Origin: a virus
Taxonomy: Duplodnaviria > Caudoviricetes
Virus record (IMG/VR): IMGVR_UViG_3300037041_001770
Location: 1-50,154 of that record
Reading direction: 5' to 3' (one strand)
DNA: 50,154 bases
Of this stretch, positions 42,665 to 50,154 are shown in pieces. Positions within the stretch are counted from its first letter, which is position 1. Each line of letters begins with the position of its first letter. The position numbers were made by a program, and so were the translations under genes. A model generated the notes under the pieces. The model worked only from the letters and a program-made list of their open reading frames with translations. It did not search any database and had not been told where the DNA came from.

Positions 42665-44938
42665 ATGGACGAAACCCCAGTAACTCGCAAAATTGACAAA
42701 ACCGCTAGCCTTGTCGCAAGCTATCAAAAGCTTGCTAAAACCATATCAGACATGGAATCCAAGGCGTACGATATCGTAAACGATTTTGAAAAAACGGGTG
42801 GAGTTTGGAACGAAGAAGAAAAAGCCTTTTTAGACATGATGACACTCAAGGGGCTTTTCACTTCTGAACACTGGGTTTTCATCATTGTCGATTTGATAGC
42901 AATGAAAATCTGTAATCAAAAGCTTCAGGTTTTTAGGAAAACGGTTACAGATGGAAGCGAAAAAATAGAGCCAGCTTTAAATCATCCCCTTCAAAAAGTT
43001 ATCGATAATCCAAACCCCATGATGAGCTACGCTGATATGATGTATAGTCATACGGTTGATTTAACTCTTCTTGGTAATGCTCTACTTTGGAAAGGGCCTC
43101 TTAGTTCAAGCTTGTGGCCAATTCCCGCTGATACGGTGATGCTCAGTTTCGATAAAATGGAAACGCTCATAGGATATAATCGCTATAATTTTAGGGGATA
43201 TCTTGAGCCTCTTCAGCTTGTAAAATACTTCCCGCTCAATGAAATCATTCACAACAAAAAACCAAATCCATCTAATTACTATTGGGGCCTCTCTCCTTTT
43301 ATTCCAGGCAGGAAACCAATTTTATTTAACCGCTTTACAAGCGAGTATTTGAACAACTACTATTTAAAAGGCGCGACCCCTGGGCTGTCATTAGAAATGT
43401 CTAACGAAGCCAACGAAAAAAACGCAACGAGACTTTTACGTTCCTTTGAAGCAGCCTATACGGGTCGCGCCAACCAAAGAAGAACCCTTGTTTTACCAAA
43501 GGGTGTAACAGCAAAGCAGATAGCACACACCCTAGCCGACCAGCAACTAAAAGATTACCTCATAGCCAATAAGGAAGATATTTTAGCACTTCTTAAGGTT
43601 CCCAAGCATGAAGTAGGGCTTCAAACCGGCGGCTCACTTGGTTCTGAAGAGTATAAAACAGCTCTCAAAAACTTCTGGGCTTCAACTCTTGTGCCGACCC
43701 AAAACCTTATAGCAAGCGGATTTAACCGAGCCTACAAAGACCTTTTAGGGGATAGTTATTTTTGTGCGTTTAATAACGATAATGTTGAGATTTTGAAGGA
43801 AAACGAAGTTGAAAAGTCCAATATTGCGGTAGGACTTTTAAAGACTCATACCATCAACGAAGTAAGGGCAAAGCTCTATCAGCTTACCCCACTTCCTGGC
43901 GGTGATGAGATTCCAGGCGCTTCAACGCAGCAATACCCGACTTTCAATCTTCATAGTCAGGCCGAAGCGATAAAATCAAATGATGAGATAACCGCACCAA
44001 TCGAAAAAAAAATAGAAAACGCTGCTGATGTTGTCATCAAAGCCAATGGCGACTGGTTTGAAGGTCATAAGCAAAAAATCAAAGAGGCAATAGAGAAACC
44101 AGAAATTGAGCTGCAAAAAGCGGCTATCAAACTATTTGCCGATCAATCGGTTAGTGTTATAAAAAAGCTAAATAAAATACTTGGAAAATCAAAAGCAAAC
44201 TACGAAATAAAAAACGATACCTTTATAAAACAACTGATATCAAAAGAAGTTGGTGCTTACTTAGCTGATTGGGTTAGTCATTATAAAGATATTGGTGACG
44301 GTATTGCTGTTTCTGGATGGGTTTTAGCGGGTGACTCTCCCGTCAAAGTTGACGAACTTAACATTGAAATCAGCGATAAATATAAAAAAGAGCTAAATAA
44401 TGAACTTGAGCAAAGAGCTAAAAACAGTTTTGCTTATATGTCTCAGACAACCACAAATGATATTTTTAGCATCATAAAAAGAGGTATCGACGACTCAAGC
44501 ACGGGCCAGCAAATAGCCGAAAAAATCAGCGGTATCTTTGCAAATCCCGAAAAAATGCTAGGCAGGGCGCAAACTATCGCAAGAACCGAATCTCTATCAG
44601 CTCTTTCAATGGGAAAAGCAAAGCAGTTTCAGCAAGCTTCAAAAGTCATTCTAGACTTAAAAAAACTTTGGATGAGCACAAACGACAATCGCACGCGGGG
44701 CAACCCGTCCGGATTATATCCCGATAGTGATTCAGACCATTGGGATCTTCACGGTCAAGTGGTTGATCATGACAAAAAGTTTGTTGACCCTCGCTCAAAG
44801 GAACAACTATCTTTTCCTCGTGATCCAGCGGGTTCGGCTAGTGCGGTGATAAATTGCCGGTGTACTTGGATCACTTTACCGGCCAAAGAGATGGATCAAT
44901 TAATTAAAAGCGAAGCAGAGGTAAAACCGAATGACTAA
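42665..44938 (+). CDS. HK97-family portal fused to a MuF/SPP1 gp7 head morphogenesis domain
   Basis: PNP..., GNA, YWGLSP, LKVP portal motifs; C-terminal RAQTIARTE...KLW...D.RTR...H...INCRC. Confidence 0.9.
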   Translation: MDETPVTRKIDKTASLVASYQKLAKTISDMESKAYDIVNDFEKTGGVWNEEEKAFLDMMTLKGLFTSEHWVFIIVDLIAMKICNQKLQVFRKTVTDGSEKIEPALNHPLQKVIDNPNPMMSYADMMYSHTVDLTLLGNALLWKGPLSSSLWPIPADTVMLSFDKMETLIGYNRYNFRGYLEPLQLVKYFPLNEIIHNKKPNPSNYYWGLSPFIPGRKPILFNRFTSEYLNNYYLKGATPGLSLEMSNEANEKNATRLLRSFEAAYTGRANQRRTLVLPKGVTAKQIAHTLADQQLKDYLIANKEDILALLKVPKHEVGLQTGGSLGSEEYKTALKNFWASTLVPTQNLIASGFNRAYKDLLGDSYFCAFNNDNVEILKENEVEKSNIAVGLLKTHTINEVRAKLYQLTPLPGGDEIPGASTQQYPTFNLHSQAEAIKSNDEITAPIEKKIENAADVVIKANGDWFEGHKQKIKEAIEKPEIELQKAAIKLFADQSVSVIKKLNKILGKSKANYEIKNDTFIKQLISKEVGAYLADWVSHYKDIGDGIAVSGWVLAGDSPVKVDELNIEISDKYKKELNNELEQRAKNSFAYMSQTTTNDIFSIIKRGIDDSSTGQQIAEKISGIFANPEKMLGRAQTIARTESLSALSMGKAKQFQQASKVILDLKKLWMSTNDNRTRGNPSGLYPDSDSDHWDLHGQVVDHDKKFVDPRSKEQLSFPRDPAGSASAVINCRCTWITLPAKEMDQLIKSEAEVKPND

Positions 44939-46436
44939 TAGACTTAGTTTTGATTTCAAAATAAAAGCAAAAGAGCAAAACGGTAGGATTGTTATTGCTG
45001 GTTTTGCTAATGCTAATACAGTGGATCGGGGGATTGAACGAATCGACCCAAAAGCCTGGAAGCTCGCGAACTATATCAAAAACCCTGTTGTTCTCTTTGA
45101 TCATGGGATTGATTCATCATTCGGGGCAATGCCAATCGGTAGGGCAACGAAGGTCGAAGCTCGCGATGGTGGGTTATTTGCTGAAATAGAAATCAGCAAT
45201 AGCAAAACTGAAAAAATAACAGCAATTAGGGATTTGATTGAAGAAGGCATATTAAAAACTTTTTCAGTTGGATTTGATCCAAAAAACGCTAACCGCGATG
45301 GTGAGACAAAAATAATAACAGATGCTGAACTTTTAGAAATTTCTGTTGTTCCTATCCCGATGAACCAAGATTCTACTTTCTCGCTTCTTTCGAAGTCTTT
45401 GGGCGAAAACCGCACCAAAATAGCTAAAAAATGGCTAGCTAAGTATCAAAAAGGCATTAGACAGAAAGTCATTGATAGCACAAAGAAAGAGCTTGGTTGT
45501 AGTAGTTTAATTTTGCTTAACCTTAAACTCGCCAAAGAAGGCTTCAAAGACTTAGAAGCGGCTCAAAAACTTGCTAAACAATTTGGCTATGCTGTTGATA
45601 AGGTTAGCGAGGATGAAAAACATTTCATTTTCAAGCAATCAGATGCAGAGTATCAGGATAGCATTTTAATAAATTTGGCTAACAATGTTCAAGCCGAGGT
45701 TAAGGGGCAAAAGATGGAAGTCAATGAAGAAGAAAAACCCAAGGAAGGCGAAGAAAAACTACCCTCTGAAGATGCTGAAACCAAACCTATCGTTACAGAT
45801 GAAGAGCTACCCAAAGAGGGTGAGGAAGAGCCAGAGATAAAAGCAGAACTCACCAAGGAAGATATCGACGCCTCCGTATCAGCTTGGCATGATGAAGCGA
45901 TGGCTTGCGCGGCTAATGAGGGTGAAACGCCTTCATGGGTTACTGATGCGGCGGCTTGGGATAAAGCAAAGGAAGCGGCTGATTTATCCTACTCGCGGGA
46001 TGATCCAGAAAAATATCTGGCGGTAGTATCTTGGCTCTATCTCAATAAATTTAAAAATGATGAAATAGAGCCTTTACCTTTAGATGATCAAAAAGGGTGC
46101 GGTAATAAAGAAGATGAAAAAGAAATCAAATCGGCACCAATTCCAACAGGTTCAAATGCGGTCGATAACAACACGTCGCCAGCTCTTGACCTTAGTCGTC
46201 AAACCAATGTACTTTTGGGGGCATTAATATCAGAAGTTCAGCGACTCAATCAGGCTATGGAAAAATTAGTTGTAAAACCGATGGAGTCAGGCGAAACTGA
46301 AACTATGACAAATGAGTCAGAAGAGTCAGAAGAAGGGGCCGAAACTCCTCAAGACGACGAAGAAATGAAGTCATTCATTGCGCGTATCAGAAAAAATCAG
46401 GATGATTTAAATATGAGATTAAAAAGTTTTCAATAA
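44931..46436 (+). CDS. HK97-type prohead protease with long acidic C-terminal extension
   Basis: VLFDH, PIG, FSVGF, LLEISVVPIPMN. Confidence 0.92.
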   Translation: MTNRLSFDFKIKAKEQNGRIVIAGFANANTVDRGIERIDPKAWKLANYIKNPVVLFDHGIDSSFGAMPIGRATKVEARDGGLFAEIEISNSKTEKITAIRDLIEEGILKTFSVGFDPKNANRDGETKIITDAELLEISVVPIPMNQDSTFSLLSKSLGENRTKIAKKWLAKYQKGIRQKVIDSTKKELGCSSLILLNLKLAKEGFKDLEAAQKLAKQFGYAVDKVSEDEKHFIFKQSDAEYQDSILINLANNVQAEVKGQKMEVNEEEKPKEGEEKLPSEDAETKPIVTDEELPKEGEEEPEIKAELTKEDIDASVSAWHDEAMACAANEGETPSWVTDAAAWDKAKEAADLSYSRDDPEKYLAVVSWLYLNKFKNDEIEPLPLDDQKGCGNKEDEKEIKSAPIPTGSNAVDNNTSPALDLSRQTNVLLGALISEVQRLNQAMEKLVVKPMESGETETMTNESEESEEGAETPQDDEEMKSFIARIRKNQDDLNMRLKSFQ

Positions 46437-46450
46437 TTTGGGGGATACAA

Positions 46451-47845
46451 ATGTATACGAAAGAACAGTTAGAAGCGATGTTGAAAGAAACCGAAACTCT
46501 GAAGAGTCGGGTCGATGCTGCCGAAATGAAGTCAAAAGAGCTTGAAACAGAAAATCTTAAGCTTCAAACAAGCATGAAAACAATCGGAAATCGTTCTGAT
46601 TCAGACGAAGCAAGAGCAATGCGTTATTTTGGTGTATCTCACCCCAAGCAGCTTCTTTCTGTCAATGTTGCATCACCTGCTTTTAGAATGGTTCCTGATG
46701 AGCTAAAGCATCTCGTTCTTAACTTCAAAAAATCTGTTGATGTTGCTCGATTCACGGCTCAAATGTTTCACGGTGCGGCTCTTGATGATGTTCGCGGTGA
46801 CTCTGAATCACCTGCAAAAATCAAAGGACTTCTTGAAACCCGTTATGGCAGAGAAATCCTTGTTCCTGCACTCAAGGCTTTTGGTTCAACTGTTGTTGGC
46901 GGCGGTGACGAGTGGGTTCCTACTGCTACCGCATCGAGCTATATTGATGAATACTCTTTGGAGCGCGTACTTGAGCAGCGTTTTAAAGTTGTAAACATGC
47001 CAACAAACCCATTTGATCAGCCAGTTGTTAAGCAAGGCACAAAGGCAAGAAAATCAACAGAAGGTACAATCATGACAGCTGGTCAGTTTCAAACTGATAA
47101 GCTCACCATGTCTGCTGTTAAACTTGCTGAATACTATGAGATTCCAGAAGAACTTAACGAAGATTCCGCGCCAGATTTCTTGGCTGCTGGACGTGATCAT
47201 GTGGTTAAAGCTCAGAAGGATGCTGTTGAAGCAGCTCTTTTAAACGGTGATGACGATGGTGCTCACATTGATAGTGATACCCAAGCTTTGGGCGCTGATA
47301 TTGCCGAGAAAATTTGGAAGGGACTTCGCCGCGAAGCTCTTTCGAACTCTGCAAACGGTGCAACTTTTGACTTTACAAACGCCGTAGCCGATGAAACTAA
47401 GCTGCGTACTCTTCGCGCACGCATGGGCAAGTTTGGCAAAAACGAGAAAGAACTTTGCTGGATTGTTGGAACCAATGTTTATACCCAAATGTTGGGCTTT
47501 GACACTGTTGCAACTCTTGACAAGTTTGGCCCCAATGCTACCGTACTTCAGGGCGCACTTGCTGCATACCAAGGCATTCCAATCATTTGTAGCGAGTACA
47601 TGCGCGAAGATTTGAACGCTAACGGTGTATTTGATGGCATTGTGTCCACAAAAGCGGCAATGCTTCTTGTGAACCTAACCCGTTGGTACATCGGCAACAG
47701 AAGGCCGATCCAAGTTAAGCTCATGATGGATCTTCCTTACCACGACAGATGGCTCCTTGCTTCTTATCGCCGCGTAGCTTTCAAAGGGTTCGCGCAGTCA
47801 GCGACAGAAACAAGCGTTGTTTACGGTTACAATATCGCTAAATAA
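46451..47845 (+). CDS. Major capsid protein (HK97 fold with delta domain)
   Basis: Coiled-coil N-terminus, GGDEWVP, IPEELNEDS, LLNGD, GIPII; followed by a terminator. Confidence 0.92.
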   Translation: MYTKEQLEAMLKETETLKSRVDAAEMKSKELETENLKLQTSMKTIGNRSDSDEARAMRYFGVSHPKQLLSVNVASPAFRMVPDELKHLVLNFKKSVDVARFTAQMFHGAALDDVRGDSESPAKIKGLLETRYGREILVPALKAFGSTVVGGGDEWVPTATASSYIDEYSLERVLEQRFKVVNMPTNPFDQPVVKQGTKARKSTEGTIMTAGQFQTDKLTMSAVKLAEYYEIPEELNEDSAPDFLAAGRDHVVKAQKDAVEAALLNGDDDGAHIDSDTQALGADIAEKIWKGLRREALSNSANGATFDFTNAVADETKLRTLRARMGKFGKNEKELCWIVGTNVYTQMLGFDTVATLDKFGPNATVLQGALAAYQGIPIICSEYMREDLNANGVFDGIVSTKAAMLLVNLTRWYIGNRRPIQVKLMMDLPYHDRWLLASYRRVAFKGFAQSATETSVVYGYNIAK

Positions 47846-47865
47846 CCCGTTGTTGTCGTAAAAAG

Positions 47866-47900
47866 GACCGGCTGCTATAAAAAGTAGTCGGTTTTTTTTT
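47866..47900 (+). terminator. Rho-independent terminator
   Basis: GACCGGCTGCT/AGTAGTCGGTT stem plus T run. Confidence 0.85.
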
Positions 47901-47923
47901 GCAAAAATTAAGGATAAATTTTT

Positions 47924-48781
47924 ATGAGCGCACAACAACTAACGCGACTCAATCTATATGAGTCCATGCCTGTTATTCCGGTTCAGGTGTTCGATATCGG
48001 CTCAGAAATTACACAAATTGCATCATACGGCAATAGTTTGTTGGCTACTCTTTGGGTCAAAGAACTCGACCCAGGTGCTTCGGTTTTGGTCAGATGGTAC
48101 GATATTGGGCCAGGGTCGGGAGATTTTCCGGGCGAAAAAATATATGTGGCGCAGCACGCCGTAGTAGCAACCGCAGACACAAGCGATAGGCGGCTTGTGC
48201 CTGGAATCCATAACAAAGTATGGTGCGAAATTATTGTAACAGGCGGTCAGGTTACACTTGGGATTTATGCAACAAGCGTCTCAGCTTTTCCGCAGCAATC
48301 ACCTTTTAAAGATCAAGATGATGCTAATCTTGGTAACGATGCTGGAAACTCTTTTGTTTTACTCGATAGGGATTTGAATAAATATTTTTTAGCAACAGGA
48401 AAAGAGGGAGCAACAAACGTCAATATCGTTGGGGGATCAATAGCGGCTGAAATTGCTGGTGATCCCCTTATTTTAATAAATAGATCAATAACAGATGGGA
48501 CACTTCAAACACTTATAAGTCAAGCAGTACCAACAAATAAGCTTTGGAAATTAAGAAAAGTAGATATTTGTTCAAGGTGCTATGGCGAATTTTATTTGAA
48601 AGCCAATAGTGTTATAATTGGGGAAGGTAAGACTTCTCCAGCTCAATCTAATGTTTCATTTACGCTCGCTCCATATATGAAACTTGATGAGAATTTAATG
48701 GTAGAGGTTGATTTTAAAATGAACTACGGGCCTCAACTGGATGTTTCGGCCTATTTACATTTAACAGAGGAACCTAATTAA
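47924..48781 (+). CDS. Putative head decoration/virion protein
   Basis: Beta-rich; follows the capsid gene; AAGGA RBS. Confidence 0.6.
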   Translation: MSAQQLTRLNLYESMPVIPVQVFDIGSEITQIASYGNSLLATLWVKELDPGASVLVRWYDIGPGSGDFPGEKIYVAQHAVVATADTSDRRLVPGIHNKVWCEIIVTGGQVTLGIYATSVSAFPQQSPFKDQDDANLGNDAGNSFVLLDRDLNKYFLATGKEGATNVNIVGGSIAAEIAGDPLILINRSITDGTLQTLISQAVPTNKLWKLRKVDICSRCYGEFYLKANSVIIGEGKTSPAQSNVSFTLAPYMKLDENLMVEVDFKMNYGPQLDVSAYLHLTEEPN

Positions 48782-48794
48782 AAGGGGTTAAAAA

Positions 48795-49343
48795 ATGGCT
48801 GATTTAAGAACAAGTTTTACAGTGCTCGAAGATGCTACAACACAAGCAGGACTCCCATTGCACAAAGTTGCACAGGGTGACGCACTAGCTGGAAAAAATG
48901 CAATTGCTGCACTAATTGCAAAAGATCCCGCTGGAAACCTCGTTTATCCCGTTACTAACTCGCTGGGTGAGCTTGTTGTATCTACCGAGTCATCAACAGC
49001 AGCGGCTCTTTTGTCAGAAGATGGAACAAGCGCAGGTAGTGCAAGCGATGCTGATATTGTGACTCTCACTCTACAAAATGATATGACCTACCGTGAACTT
49101 GAAGCAGTTGTATCTTGCTTTAGAGATGCAGTTTTCAAAATCGTTCATGTTGACGATGCTGTTACAAACATCTTGGTTCCTGGTGTTCGTTGTGGTGCTG
49201 GCTCTCTTAACTCTGTTTTAAATTTTAAAACTCTTGAGTTTGTTACTGGCGCAACTGGCACACAAGAGCTAAAAATCATTGGAAAGAACCTTAATGCACT
49301 AGCCACAATGGATGGTGTTCTTTCGGTAAAAGAAATCCAGTAA
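48795..49343 (+). CDS. Putative head decoration/virion protein
   Basis: Ala/Thr-rich; C-terminal beta domain resembles the previous gene. Confidence 0.6.
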   Translation: MADLRTSFTVLEDATTQAGLPLHKVAQGDALAGKNAIAALIAKDPAGNLVYPVTNSLGELVVSTESSTAAALLSEDGTSAGSASDADIVTLTLQNDMTYRELEAVVSCFRDAVFKIVHVDDAVTNILVPGVRCGAGSLNSVLNFKTLEFVTGATGTQELKIIGKNLNALATMDGVLSVKEIQ

Positions 49344-49415
49344 TTAACTTTCACGGTATAGCGATTCATCTTTTATAAGCTGTATCGCTTTTAATTTATG
49401 AAAATGAGGTAAATA

Positions 49416-49604
49416 ATGCTTAAATTCTATAGAAAAAGTTTTAAATCGGGTGTTACAATCGTGAGGGAAAAAATAATCACGGGTGGAGTAGAGTCATGGA
49501 AAAACCACCAATTTTATCCGCGCGATAATGGGAAGGTAGCAATTTATGAAAATGAGCCATACCTGCTTGAGAGGTATTCGACCCTTTTCACTGAAGTTGA
49601 TTAA
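49416..49604 (+). CDS. Small hypothetical protein
   Basis: GAGG RBS. Confidence 0.55.
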   Translation: MLKFYRKSFKSGVTIVREKIITGGVESWKNHQFYPRDNGKVAIYENEPYLLERYSTLFTEVD

Positions 49605-49968
49605 GGTTTTACCCCTGATACTTCTCAGTATCGGGGGGTTTTGTTTTGCCGCAGATGAAGAATCATCAATGGAAACACAAGATTTAGCTGGCTCAACTTC
49701 TCACTTTTCAGGAACAGCAAATACAACTTCTGTAACCATTCCAGCGGTAGCAAATAAAGTCATCTCTGAAGTTTTCTTCAAATGCGACAATCAAACACCA
49801 ATCGCGAAACAGTGCCTAATATCGTTTGATGCTGGCGTATCGTGGCTTTCTCTTGGAATTGGGGAAGCTATCGCATGGTCAGCTAAAGGAAGAATCAAGC
49901 AAATTAGAGTTAAGGCTTCAACGGCGGGAGTAACTTACCAGGGGCTAATAAATTATGAAGCTTATTAA
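49546..49968 (+). CDS. Putative exported beta-sandwich protein in the head module
   Basis: IKVLPLILLSIGGFCFA-A signal-like segment (alternative TTG start at 49597); Cys pair in the mature part. Confidence 0.7.
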   Translation: MKMSHTCLRGIRPFSLKLIKVLPLILLSIGGFCFAADEESSMETQDLAGSTSHFSGTANTTSVTIPAVANKVISEVFFKCDNQTPIAKQCLISFDAGVSWLSLGIGEAIAWSAKGRIKQIRVKASTAGVTYQGLINYEAY

Positions 49969-50154
49969 ATCTTTAATTGTCGGGCTTTTTTTGGTAGCTT
50001 CAAATGCCAACGCAGCTCTCTATCTCTATGATAGAACACAGTTTGCGGGAACAGTACCGTTTGATAACTCAGTAAATTTGTTTTCAGCCGATAATGTTCA
50101 GGCAGCAATTGAAGAAGTAAAACAGGCTAATGAAAACATAGCAAGGTTTCTCAC
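49955..50154 (+). CDS. 5' part of the junction-spanning gene (signal peptide)
   Basis: ATG 49955 after GGGG; MKLIKSLIVGLFLVASNANA; continues to 446. Confidence 0.8.
   Translation, partial: MKLIKSLIVGLFLVASNANAALYLYDRTQFAGTVPFDNSVNLFSADNVQAAIEEVKQANENIARFL
50028..50154. repeat. Terminal direct repeat, right copy
   Basis: Identical to 1..127. Confidence 0.97.

Noticed and set aside
1-50154. Alternative genetic code, tRNA genes or introns
   Set aside because: Core genes are intact in the standard code with dense packing; no cloverleaf or interrupted core gene was noticed

Overview
The window is almost certainly a complete, circularly permuted ~50 kb tailed-phage genome with siphovirus organisation. 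Bases 1-127 are repeated exactly at 50028-50154, and one gene (49955..446) spans the join. A + strand late arm (40058..50154 then 1..21565) encodes terminase, a portal-MuF fusion, HK97-type protease and capsid, several putative decoration genes, head-tail connectors, tail tube, a frameshifted G/GT chaperone, a 1738-aa tape measure, baseplate proteins, a LamG fibre and three collar/HxH fibre genes. A + strand early/accessory region (21600-30860) carries repeated promoter-hairpin cassettes and secreted enzymes. A - strand arm carries ERF, a replication initiator, a G39P-like protein, VRR-NUC, ParB-like, amidase, MazG, Tad1 and an Acb2/Tad1-hairpin protein. I recognise no integrase, DNA polymerase, tRNA or CRISPR array. 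Several host-like genes suggest a Bdellovibrionota/Oligoflexia host (inference). The most striking observations are: (1) tail-fibre and head-region proteins with Sec-type signal peptides and paired cysteines; (2) a repeated promoter-hairpin-AGCACAAGA leader, a complementary candidate small RNA and a shared TTACAWWTGTAA operator; (3) a perfect 41-bp palindrome with parS-like cores beside the replication gene; (4) a double nucleotide-sponge anti-defence island; (5) a CBM-GH5 gene split at an A9 slippery run. All family calls come from motif recognition by eye, not from database searches.
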